This document shows positions 1 through 8,329 of a stretch of 30,247 nucleotides of DNA, one piece after another. The DNA lies in assembly GCA_034530875.2 (NCBI GenBank), contig JAVRCJ020000061.1:1-30247 (forward strand), read 5' to 3'. Position 1 is the stretch's first letter; every line of letters starts with the position of its first letter. The position numbers were made by a program, and so were the translations under genes. The notes beneath the pieces are model-generated. The model worked only from the letters and a program-made list of their open reading frames with translations. It made no database searches and was not told the DNA's origin. Source of the DNA: Nostoc sp. DedSLP01. GTDB taxonomy: Bacteria; Cyanobacteriota; Cyanobacteriia; Cyanobacteriales; Nostocaceae.

Positions 1-101
1 CTTGACGCTGACCACTTGTTGTATAATGGCTTTCAAACTATAATATTTTCATGGTTCGGTGTCCTGGCGACCTCGCTTTTGGGGGTGCGTTCTTCCAGCG
101 C
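1..101 (-). other. rRNA operon leader (boxB-like hairpin and boxA-like antitermination motif)
   Basis: Minus strand: CTGG...CCAG stem, then GAACCATGAAAA (57-46) and ATAGTTTGAAAGC, resembling the cyanobacterial pre-16S leader. The 16S gene itself is not in the window. Confidence 0.7.
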
Positions 102-107
102 TTATTC

Positions 108-157
108 AATATAACGAACCTATTTAGGATTGTCAACTATTTTTTCAAAAAAATTTT
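108..157 (-). promoter_or_regulatory. Strong sigma70-type promoter, probably of an rRNA operon lying left of the window
   Basis: The minus strand reads TTGACA (136-131), a 17-bp spacer, then TATATT (113-108), preceded by an A/T tract (137-157) resembling an UP element. No ORF follows. Confidence 0.8.
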
Positions 158-664
158 CGGGTCTTTGTAAGGTGGCTAGAAGCTTTAGGTTGCAAAGACT
201 TCAGCTTTTGCATACTCGAAGTTTTTAAGGATGAGTAATTTTCACCAGAGACGAAAAGTTTTTCACAGACTTTAGCAGCTTTGAAGTAGGGAATGGAAGC
301 GACCCAAATCAACTACTACCATCTGAATTTCAAGTACTTCTGTTTTAAGTCGAGATTCTGGCGATCGCCAGCCCTGAAAACTTTGGCTGAAACTGTTATT
401 CTTTCGTCAACTTTTAAGAGATGTTGCACAGATAAGGTTGGGTTTCCTTGTTGAATTCAACACTTTGATAGGTTTTAGGCACTTCATAACTAAAGACTAT
501 GAGGCCAATTGTGACTGCAATTTAGCTCTTAGATGCTGTGCCCCAAGCAAAGTTAAATACAACTAGCCATTTTGGTAGGTAGAATTCTCTCCATTTTTCC
601 GATGCTATCTCTAGAGATAAAACGTCACGATATAAGCATCACAAAGATATTAGTGGAGAATTTT

Positions 665-1570
665 ATGTCTTCATTGCTGGCACTGTCTAACAATTTAGCC
701 GACACAGTGGAACAAGCAGGGAGTGCTGTGGTTGCTGTAAATGCCGGGAAACGCATTTGTTCTAGTGGTATTCATTGGCGTAATGGTATTATTATCACTT
801 CGGATGAGTCGCTTGGGCGTTATGAAGAAATCACCATTACTCTATCAGATGGGGAGACTCGACCAGTTTCTTTCGTCGGTCACGACCCTAGTACTGATAT
901 AGCTGTATTTCAACTGCAAAATCATGAACTCCCTGCGATCGCAATTGGCGATGGAACAAATCTCAAAGTCGGTCATTTGGTACTGGGACTAGCAAGAGGT
1001 AGTGAAGGTGATTTACGCGCAGCGATGGGAGCAGTAAGTGTAGTTGGTGGTGCGTGGCGGAGTATGAGTGGTGGTAATATCGATCAATTCATCCGTCCAG
1101 ATATTACTTTTTATCCTGGTTTTGCAGGCGGGCCACTCGTAGATGCGGCTGGTTATATAGTTGGTATGAATACATCGGGGCGACGGGGTACAGTTTTAAC
1201 TATCCCTGCTGCTACAATCGATCGCGTGCTGAATCAATTATTGACTAGAGGGCATATTTCACGGGGCTATTTGGGTGTGGGAATGCAGCCTGTACGCTTG
1301 CCTAGCAACCTGAAAACTGCTTTAAATTTAACTACAGCAACGGGGGTGATTGTCGTTAATGTCGAACCCTCTAGCCCTGCCGATAATGCTGGTCTGTTGC
1401 TGGGGGATGTGTTAGTAAAATTTGATGGTATTGCCGTCAGTAATACCGATGATGTGTTGGCACTGCTAAATAATAGCGATCGCATTGGCAAACAAATCAA
1501 GGTGCAGCTTGTTCGAGGTGGTGCATTAGTTGATTTAGATATCCTAATTGGCGAACGGCCTGCTGAGTAA
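665..1570 (+). CDS. HtrA/DegP-like trypsin (S1C) + PDZ protein, predicted catalytically inactive
   Basis: Trypsin fold motifs DPSTDIAV and GGPLVD..G..VGMNT; PDZ GYLGV...PSSPADNAGL..GDV. ITSDE replaces TNAH and PGFAGGP replaces GNSGGP. ATG at 665 (GGAG upstream) preferred over TTG at 572. Confidence 0.88.
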   Translation: MSSLLALSNNLADTVEQAGSAVVAVNAGKRICSSGIHWRNGIIITSDESLGRYEEITITLSDGETRPVSFVGHDPSTDIAVFQLQNHELPAIAIGDGTNLKVGHLVLGLARGSEGDLRAAMGAVSVVGGAWRSMSGGNIDQFIRPDITFYPGFAGGPLVDAAGYIVGMNTSGRRGTVLTIPAATIDRVLNQLLTRGHISRGYLGVGMQPVRLPSNLKTALNLTTATGVIVVNVEPSSPADNAGLLLGDVLVKFDGIAVSNTDDVLALLNNSDRIGKQIKVQLVRGGALVDLDILIGERPAE

Positions 1571-1596
1571 ATAATTACCGCTTAATCAAGGAAATC

Positions 1597-2412
1597 ATGA
1601 TTACACAATTAAATGATGAAGTCTCAGCAGTAGCCGCTACACTGCGTCAAAGCACAGTCAAAGTTAAAAGCGGTAGTGCGGGAGTTGGTTCTGGCGTTAT
1701 CTGGCAACCTGACGGGTTGATTATTACTAATGCCCATGTAGCAACCAGCAACCGGGCAACTGTAGAATTATCTGATGGTAGAGTATTTCCAGCAGTGCGA
1801 TCGCACTTTGACCCCCAGCAGGATTTAGCAGCGCTGAAAATTAACGCCACGGATTTAAAGACTGCAACTATCAATGATGCTGATAAATTACGAGTTGGGG
1901 AAGTAGTCTTAGCAGTAGGAAATCCTTTAGCTGATAGTGGTGCAGTCACAATCGGCATTGTTCACACTAATCATCCACGGGCGGTAATTGCAGATTTACA
2001 GTTGTATCCTGGTAATTCTGGCGGGCCGATGGCTGACTGTCTGGGCCGAGTGGTTGGCATTAATACGATGATTGTCAATAATTTGGCTGTGGCGATTCCT
2101 AGTAGTACTGTCAACCGCTTTTTACGTAGTAGTCATCGTCTGCAATTGGGAGTGACACTGCAATCGGTGGTCTTAAGCAGACGCACTCTAGGTTTGCTAG
2201 TGTTATCAATAATTCCTGGCAGTGTAGCAGAAAATGTGGGATTACAAATTGGTGATGTATTAGTTGGAGTTGCTGGGAAGGCTTTTACTCGACCTGATGA
2301 TTTGACTAAATATCTGCATCAAAGTTACAAGACTATTCCATTACAACTCCTGCGAAATAGTCAGCAATTGGTAGTTTACATCACCCCAAAAACTGCTGTG
2401 GAGGCGACATGA
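1597..2412 (+). CDS. HtrA/DegP-like trypsin serine protease with PDZ domain
   Basis: Intact triad: ITNAHV, DPQQDLA, PGNSGGP. C-terminal PDZ (LGV...PGSVAENVGLQIGDV). No signal peptide. AAGGA upstream of ATG. Confidence 0.92.
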   Translation: MITQLNDEVSAVAATLRQSTVKVKSGSAGVGSGVIWQPDGLIITNAHVATSNRATVELSDGRVFPAVRSHFDPQQDLAALKINATDLKTATINDADKLRVGEVVLAVGNPLADSGAVTIGIVHTNHPRAVIADLQLYPGNSGGPMADCLGRVVGINTMIVNNLAVAIPSSTVNRFLRSSHRLQLGVTLQSVVLSRRTLGLLVLSIIPGSVAENVGLQIGDVLVGVAGKAFTRPDDLTKYLHQSYKTIPLQLLRNSQQLVVYITPKTAVEAT

Positions 2413-3026
2413 TTCGGGTGATAGTGGTTGCTACTTCTCCCGTTGTACGCGCAGGTTTATCGGCGGTGGTGAGTAGCAATCCGCAGCTGACAGTTGTGGG
2501 CAGTGCATCTGATTTAGATTTAGTATCTAGAGAAGTTGAGCAACTACAACCGGATGTAGTTTTGCTCGATTTAGGCAGTAACCCAGAACTAATTTGGTCA
2601 AAATTGCAGTTAATTGCAGAACAGCAAATTATAGTAATTGCTGAAGATATCGATAGTATTGACCTAGAAACAGCATTTGGTTTGGGTATCCGAGGTGTAT
2701 TATCTAGTAGCAGTAAAGAGGCAGAAATTATTACAGGTGTTCAGGCAGTTGCTTCTGGTTTGGTAGTGCTGCACCCTGATGTTTTGGAATTGCTGCCGAT
2801 GCGGGAGAAAGTGGTAACTAACCCCGTGCAAACTTTGACTCCCAGGGAAATAGAGGTTTTAGGAATATTGGGTTATGGGTTGGGGAATAAAGCGATCGCC
2901 AAACGCCTGCAAATTTCCGAACATACGGTAAAATTCCATATTTCATCGATTTTTCAAAAGCTTGGTGTGTCCAGCCGTACTGAGGCAGTTACGGCTGGCA
3001 TCCGCTTAGGTTTGATTATGTTGTAA
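2409..3026 (+). CDS. NarL/LuxR-family response regulator with atypical receiver
   Basis: LTPREIEVL...GLGNKAIAKRLQISEHTVKFHISSIFQKLGV LuxR HTH; PDVVLLD receiver strand; ATGA overlap with the upstream protease. Confidence 0.93.
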   Translation: MIRVIVVATSPVVRAGLSAVVSSNPQLTVVGSASDLDLVSREVEQLQPDVVLLDLGSNPELIWSKLQLIAEQQIIVIAEDIDSIDLETAFGLGIRGVLSSSSKEAEIITGVQAVASGLVVLHPDVLELLPMREKVVTNPVQTLTPREIEVLGILGYGLGNKAIAKRLQISEHTVKFHISSIFQKLGVSSRTEAVTAGIRLGLIML

Positions 3027-3085
3027 AAGCTTTGGGCGATCGGAAAAGTTATGACTAAAACTACAGTAAAAACTTGCCTGTGGTA

Positions 3086-3177
3086 TTAACGAAGGCAGGA
3101 GGCCGTTTTTATAACGAGGATTTATAATTCCAAAAACTTTGAACCAAGTACGGTTTTAGACCCGATTGTTTCGATAA
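3086..3177. repeat. ~92-bp dispersed repeat, copy 1
   Basis: Closely matches 7207-7303 (TTAACGAAGGCAGGAGGC...AAGTACGGTTTTAGACCCGATTGTTTCGATAA). Confidence 0.9.
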
Positions 3178-3316
3178 ATATAGACACGCGATGTTTTTCA
3201 AGTCTCTACAACAGCGATCGCTTTTTGTTGTTTTGCATAATTATACACTCAAAAAATCCCCAAATTTTTTGAAAATTCAGGGAGTTAAAGAAAATAGGAC
3301 TGCTTATGAATGTTTA

Positions 3317-3799
3317 TTAATTTGTTGCTAATGCTGGCTCTGCTAGAAAATATTTCAGATTTTCTTTATCAGTGGTAAATTTCAAATACACAGATGCCAT
3401 TTCTGGTGTTAGAAATTCAAGCATTAATCTATTTTCTACCCAGAACTCAATTACATCAAAAAAAGATTCGCGGTTACAGCGGACTACACGCCAGTCTTCA
3501 CGGGCACCGATTTCTTCAATTTCTTTCTGGCTAGTGGGTACAGAAACAGCGGCATGAATATCAGTAAATTTTGAACTAATAGCGGTATGCACGAATGTAC
3601 ACTCTCCGTCGCCTTCACCAGGCTCGATTTGAGAACCTAAAGGAAAAAGTTCAATGGCTGTACCGTATTCATCAAGAGGCATAACCATATAACTGCCTGG
3701 GTTAGGAGGAAAAGGAACAACTTGTGCTTTTAAAATTTCTGCAAGAACTCGGGCAACATGGGAGGGATTTTTAACAGCAATGGAGATATGGTGAATCAT
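3317..3799 (-). CDS. VOC/glyoxalase-like conserved protein
   Basis: MIHHISIAV start; later H and E motifs (HAAVSV, IEFWVEN..MLEF) typical of the vicinal-oxygen-chelate fold. Confidence 0.7.
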   Translation of the reverse strand: MIHHISIAVKNPSHVARVLAEILKAQVVPFPPNPGSYMVMPLDEYGTAIELFPLGSQIEPGEGDGECTFVHTAISSKFTDIHAAVSVPTSQKEIEEIGAREDWRVVRCNRESFFDVIEFWVENRLMLEFLTPEMASVYLKFTTDKENLKYFLAEPALATN

Positions 3800-3813
3800 A
3801 AGAATAACCTCTG

Positions 3814-3860
3814 TTTGATATTTTGTAGATTAGGAAATAATCGGGGAGAAATAGGGGAGA
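3814..3860 (-). promoter_or_regulatory. TCCCC direct-repeat promoter, copy A (VOC gene)
   Basis: Sense strand TCTCCCCTATTTCTCCCCGAT-N7-TAATCT-N7-ATCAAA. Confidence 0.7.
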
Positions 3861-3892
3861 ATTCGGAATTCGCAATTAAGAATTTATCTAGC

Positions 3893-4420
3893 TTATTTAG
3901 GTCGTCCATAATGAGCTTTACCTTGACCATCAGTAGTTTCAAGCACTAGAACTTGCTGGCCGTACTCATTGGTTTCAATCGACCACTGGTAGGTTTCAGG
4001 CTTTGCTGAATTCTCGCTGGAGTAAGTGCGCCCGCTATTGCAAATTTGCCCTTGGGATTTACTGGCGCTGGGTTGAAAAGTTAGACGTCCAGCTTCAACT
4101 TTAACTTTGCCTTTTTCTTCTATAAACAAATTAGACGTACAGTTGTAGGTGGTGATTTGAATCAGCCTGCTTCGCTGGTAATTACCGTTAGAAGCGAGTA
4201 AAAACTGGTCGCTAGAACCACTTGGGGCTGCTGGGCGTCCTGTATAGCTGTCTTGGTATTGGATGGTCGAGACTCGACCATAGCGCCACTCACCTTGAAG
4301 TTCGGTTGGTACTCCGGCATCATTTGGATCGGCATGGCTAACACTTGGGTAAGAAACAAGGCTAGCACTCAAGCCCAAGGTGAGGACACTAGCGGCGAAG
4401 AAACCTGTAGCTTTTGGCAT
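3893..4420 (-). CDS. Secreted hypothetical protein, possibly lipocalin-like beta-barrel
   Basis: Signal peptide ending VSHA-D; ELQGEW motif; beta-rich pattern; two Cys. Confidence 0.7.
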   Translation of the reverse strand: MPKATGFFAASVLTLGLSASLVSYPSVSHADPNDAGVPTELQGEWRYGRVSTIQYQDSYTGRPAAPSGSSDQFLLASNGNYQRSRLIQITTYNCTSNLFIEEKGKVKVEAGRLTFQPSASKSQGQICNSGRTYSSENSAKPETYQWSIETNEYGQQVLVLETTDGQGKAHYGRPK

Positions 4421-4515
4421 AGAATTAAGTGACTTATTTGCGATTGAATATATGGGATTTTTTGAGCAAGAATTCTGAATTTTGAATCCTCAGTTATACT
4501 ATGCAGTTTTCCAAT

Positions 4516-4968
4516 TTAGCTAACAAACTGCAATCCATATTTGGTCAAAACAGGCTGTACTTTTTCCATATTAATTGATAAACTATCTGCTACTTCACCC
4601 ATTTCTTCATAAAACTGTTGCGCTCCCTTGGGTGAAATTAAAACTAGGAATTTTGTTGTAGCAGAACGAACTTTGAAAGCGTGTGGTGCATTGTGAGGAA
4701 TATTAACGAAACAGCCTGGCGATGCCAAAAATATTTCTGTACCAACTTGAACTTCTATTTCTCCTTCTAAAATATAAAATGCTTCTTCCCAAGGATGAGT
4801 ATGTAGTGGCGGGCCATTTTCTTGTGTATCTGTAATTTCATAAACTGTCCAAGCTCCATTTGTTTGTTCGCCAGTTGCTTTGGTTGTAAAATTAGCGCCA
4901 AGAATGGAAAATTGATTACCTTCTCCTGGTGTGAGAACAATTGGTTTACGCATGGTTAAAGTTTGCAT
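4516..4968 (-). CDS. Cupin domain protein (quercetin dioxygenase-like)
   Basis: [18 protein letters not shown] and [14 protein letters not shown] cupin motifs. Confidence 0.88.
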   Translation of the reverse strand: MQTLTMRKPIVLTPGEGNQFSILGANFTTKATGEQTNGAWTVYEITDTQENGPPLHTHPWEEAFYILEGEIEVQVGTEIFLASPGCFVNIPHNAPHAFKVRSATTKFLVLISPKGAQQFYEEMGEVADSLSINMEKVQPVLTKYGLQFVS

Positions 4969-5018
4969 ATAAGTTACTCGTGGTTGTGTAATTTAGAAAA
5001 TGTTAGCTACAAACTTGA

Positions 5019-5065
5019 TTTGATGTTTATTAGATTAGTTATCAATCGGGGAGAAGTAGGGGAGA
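5019..5065 (-). promoter_or_regulatory. TCCCC direct-repeat promoter, copy B (cupin gene)
   Basis: Sense strand TCTCCCCTACTTCTCCCCGAT-N7-TAATCT-N7-ATCAAA. Confidence 0.7.
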
Positions 5066-5172
5066 TAATTGGGTAATTGGGATTTTTTTTGTAACTGATT
5101 ATTAAGAAACCGAACTAAGGTGAAAATTTCTAGGAATAATGAGTAACCTATTTGGCTAAGGTCGATATTGTA

Positions 5173-6729
5173 ATGCTTAACCAGTCACTCAAATTCCCCA
5201 AAGCTGACATTTTGGTAATTGATGACACACCAGAAAACCTGAATCTCTTATCTGCTATGCTGACGGAGCAGGGATATAAAGTCAGGAGTGTAACTAAAGG
5301 TTCTACAGGCTTACGGGGAGCAAATGCAGTTCCCCCTGACTTGATTTTGTTGGATGTGAATATGCCTGAGATGAATGGCTATGAGGTTTGTCAAAGTTTG
5401 AAAGCAAACGATCGCACTCGCGATATTCCGGTCATTTTTATCAGTGCTTTAGGTGATGTCTTAGATAAAATCAAAGCTTTTGCAGTCGGTGGAGTAGACT
5501 ATATTACTAAACCTTTTCAACTAGAAGAAGTTTTAGCACGTATTGAAAATCACTTAACGATACGGCAATTGCAACAACAACTGCAAGCCCAAAATCAGCT
5601 GTTGCAACAAGAAATTCACGATCGCACTAAAGCAGAAGAGAAGTTTGCTAAAGTTTTTCGTTCTAGTCCCAATCCAATTGCGATCGCTACAGTTTCTGAA
5701 GCTCGTTTTCTTGATGTCAATCCCAGCTTTTTAAGGGTCAGTGGCTATTCTGTAGAGGAAGTAATCGGACACACAGCAACTGAAATTGATTTAGGGAAAA
5801 ATACAGTAGCATTAGCTCAGAAAATTCAACATTTACCCCAAGCTGGAGCGCTTTACAATCAAGAATTTGAATTTACTACTAAATCTGGTGAAGTCAAAAT
5901 TATACTTATTTCTATCGAATTAATTGACCTCGCCGGAGTGCCGTGTGCTTTATTAATTGCCAATGACATTACCGAACGCAAACGTCTAGAAAACGAGTTT
6001 ATCTCTTTAGTCAGCCATGAGTTGCGTACACCTTTAACTTCCACAATGGGAGCATTGGATTTATTGGGTGCAGGGCAACTAGGAACTCTCACCCAACAGG
6101 GACAAAAAGTCCTTAGCATTGCCACAACTAATACCGAACGCCTGATGCGCTTGGTGAACGATATTCTCGATTTAGAACGGATGAAATCGGGCAAAATCTT
6201 CATGCGAAAAGCTAAGTGCAATGTTGCCGAATTGCTAATTACATCAACAGAAGCAATGCAAGCAATGGCAGATAAATTCCAAGTGGAACTAATTGTCAAT
6301 CCTTTAACAATTGAACTTTGGGCAGACTCCGATCGCTTGCTGCAAACATTGACAAATTTAATCAGTAATGCAATCAAGTTTTCCGAACCAGGCGATCGCG
6401 TCTGGATTAGTGCGATTCTCTCAGAATATAAAACTGCTGAGTCTCCAGGCAATGGGCATTCAATCGCACCGCAGACTTACCCTGGCAACTATGTCTTGAT
6501 TACCATCCAAGATGAAGGCAGAGGAATTCCTGAAGATAAATTACAAATTATCTTCGAGCGTTTTCAGCAGGTAGATGCATCTGATTCCCGTAACAAAGGT
6601 GGAACAGGTTTAGGACTAGCTATTTGTCGAAATATTGTGCAGCAACATAACGGTAAAATCTGGGTTCAAAGCAATTTAGGTGAAGGTAGCACATTTTATG
6701 TGCTGTTACCTTTAACTAGCTCTACATAA
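5173..6729 (+). CDS. Hybrid sensor histidine kinase (REC-coiled coil-PAS-HisKA-HATPase)
   Basis: ILVIDD...DLILLD...KPF receiver; PAS ending [15 protein letters not shown]-box; NLISNAIKF, DEGRGI, GGTGLGL. ATG at 5173 preferred over TTG at 5152. Confidence 0.93.
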   Translation: MLNQSLKFPKADILVIDDTPENLNLLSAMLTEQGYKVRSVTKGSTGLRGANAVPPDLILLDVNMPEMNGYEVCQSLKANDRTRDIPVIFISALGDVLDKIKAFAVGGVDYITKPFQLEEVLARIENHLTIRQLQQQLQAQNQLLQQEIHDRTKAEEKFAKVFRSSPNPIAIATVSEARFLDVNPSFLRVSGYSVEEVIGHTATEIDLGKNTVALAQKIQHLPQAGALYNQEFEFTTKSGEVKIILISIELIDLAGVPCALLIANDITERKRLENEFISLVSHELRTPLTSTMGALDLLGAGQLGTLTQQGQKVLSIATTNTERLMRLVNDILDLERMKSGKIFMRKAKCNVAELLITSTEAMQAMADKFQVELIVNPLTIELWADSDRLLQTLTNLISNAIKFSEPGDRVWISAILSEYKTAESPGNGHSIAPQTYPGNYVLITIQDEGRGIPEDKLQIIFERFQQVDASDSRNKGGTGLGLAICRNIVQQHNGKIWVQSNLGEGSTFYVLLPLTSST

Positions 6730-6748
6730 GAGGTTTTAGCTGGCTATT

Positions 6749-6782
6749 TTTCCCCGACTTTTCCCCGATCGCATTTTACAAT
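6749..6782 (+). promoter_or_regulatory. TCCCC direct-repeat promoter, copy C (CheY-like regulator)
   Basis: TTTCCCCGACTTTTCCCCGAT-N7-TACAAT. Confidence 0.65.
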
Positions 6783-6835
6783 AATTCTTAATCGGTCAAG
6801 CTAATGGGCATCACATATCATGCGTGAGTGACACT

Positions 6836-7210
6836 ATGAACAGAAATATCTTGATTGTTGATGATGAAGAAGATGTGCAAGCGATCGCAAAACTGGGATT
6901 AGAAATGGGTGCTGGGTGGAACGTCTTGACTGCTTGTTCTGGTCGGGAAGCCTTGAATGTGGCTGCTAACTTTAAACTTGATGCGATTTTATTAGATATG
7001 ATGATGCCTGACATGGATGGGCGTGCTACCCTGCAACAACTCAAGGCTAACCCCGTTACTCAGCCAATTCCGGTAATTTTACTAACTGCCAAAGTCCAGG
7101 ATTCAGATCGCGATAGCTTTACAGGTTTAGATGTAGCTGCTGTATTTGCCAAGCCTTTTCGTCCTCTGAAACTGGCAGGACAAATAAGCGAAGCATTGGG
7201 TTGGTCTTAA
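6836..7210 (+). CDS. Single-domain (CheY-like) response regulator
   Basis: ILIVDDE, AILLDMMMPDMDG, LLTA, AKPF all intact. Start at ATG 6836 or GTG 6824. Confidence 0.93.
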   Translation: MNRNILIVDDEEDVQAIAKLGLEMGAGWNVLTACSGREALNVAANFKLDAILLDMMMPDMDGRATLQQLKANPVTQPIPVILLTAKVQDSDRDSFTGLDVAAVFAKPFRPLKLAGQISEALGWS

Positions 7211-7303
7211 CGAAGGCAGGAGGCAGTTTTTGTAACGAGGATTTATCCCCACATTCCAAAAACTTTGGACGAAGTACGGTTTTAGACCCGATTGTTTCGA
7301 TAA
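7207..7303. repeat. ~97-bp dispersed repeat, copy 2
   Basis: Match to 3086-3177; overlaps the TAA stop of the regulator and is followed by TTAA. Confidence 0.9.
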
Positions 7304-7506
7304 TTAAGGAATGCATCCTCATACTAATTGCAGCTCGCCCTGATAGCCAGTAACAATGCGGCTACCATCTTTGAGAATATGAACTTCTATCTGGTCGCTG
7401 GCCCAAGTAATCCGGTCTTGAAAAGCTGGGTTAAATATCCGACAGTTTTCTCATCTGCTTAAACAAAAAACCTACCCTTGAAAGCCTCCCCACCTCCCCG
7501 TTCTTC

Positions 7507-8289
7507 TCATTTCCCCATTGCTCTGCCATCTCCCAAGTCAGCTCGATCGAATTCAGCTGTTTTGAGCAAATTAATCTCTGCATTTGATATGGCATCAATT
7601 TCGACTCTAGTATTTTGAAACTGCCCATCTAAAAGATGTCCGCCAGTTTTTCGATTTGCAGTTAAAAAATGAAAATGATAGCCGCTAACATTTACTCCTT
7701 GCATATATTTTGGTGTACGAAATCCTACTAAAGTACCATTGACATTCTTTAATTCAAAAACTGATTGTTCTTTTAGCGCTTCTGCCAAAGGGCGATAAGG
7801 AGGTTTTTGTTTGGGAACAGTTCTATATTTCAGAAACGGAAAATTACCTTGAATACGAATTGCATAAGGATAATTTTTAGTCGATAAGCGCAGATCCAAA
7901 GATTCTTGCAATTGCTGATAATTCAACTGCCCTTCTAGATAAATTGATTTTTCTGGTTTGAAAAAGGTGACTGCCGCAAAAGGGCTTTTGATTGAATCAG
8001 GGATTATAGAAGCAACTCCATCAGCTTTCACTTCATAAAATTTACCATCTAATCCAATCATTTCTCCGTCTAAATAATTGACTGTACCCAACCCAAAATT
8101 ACCGTATTTTTTGATTTTTTTGAAAGTAGTATCTCCCTCATAAATTCCTGCTGATAAAGCGCTAATTGTAGATATTTGAAAAAGGCTATTTGATGGTGTA
8201 TGCGCCTGAATTTTTTCTGGCGAAATTACACCTATTAATGTAGTAATACTTAAAATAGCTATCCAGAAATAATGCTTGAATTTCATCAT
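7507..8289 (-). CDS. budA: Alpha-acetolactate decarboxylase with N-terminal signal/TM segment
   Basis: FQISTISAL..G.YEG, GNFGLGT...LDGEMI.LDG, PFAAVTFF, GYHFHF...GGH zinc ligands. Confidence 0.9.
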   Translation of the reverse strand: MMKFKHYFWIAILSITTLIGVISPEKIQAHTPSNSLFQISTISALSAGIYEGDTTFKKIKKYGNFGLGTVNYLDGEMIGLDGKFYEVKADGVASIIPDSIKSPFAAVTFFKPEKSIYLEGQLNYQQLQESLDLRLSTKNYPYAIRIQGNFPFLKYRTVPKQKPPYRPLAEALKEQSVFELKNVNGTLVGFRTPKYMQGVNVSGYHFHFLTANRKTGGHLLDGQFQNTRVEIDAISNAEINLLKTAEFDRADLGDGRAMGK

Positions 8290-8329
8290 ATAAACTTGTT
8301 GTAAGTTCTCATTTTGTCACCTTGTCTCA

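Noticed and set aside
2..27. Plus-strand TTGACG...TATAAT promoter-like pair
   Set aside because: Spacer is only 14 bp and there is no extended -10; it lies antisense within the rrn leader.
583..603. Fourth copy of the TCCCC promoter motif upstream of the protease operon
   Set aside because: Only about half the positions match and there is no TAnnnT 7 bp downstream.
3257..3283. Possible terminator hairpin between convergent genes
   Set aside because: Stem is interrupted and AT-rich; too weak to call.
5859..6452. 197-aa minus-strand ORF
   Set aside because: Entirely antisense to the well-supported histidine kinase, with no motifs.
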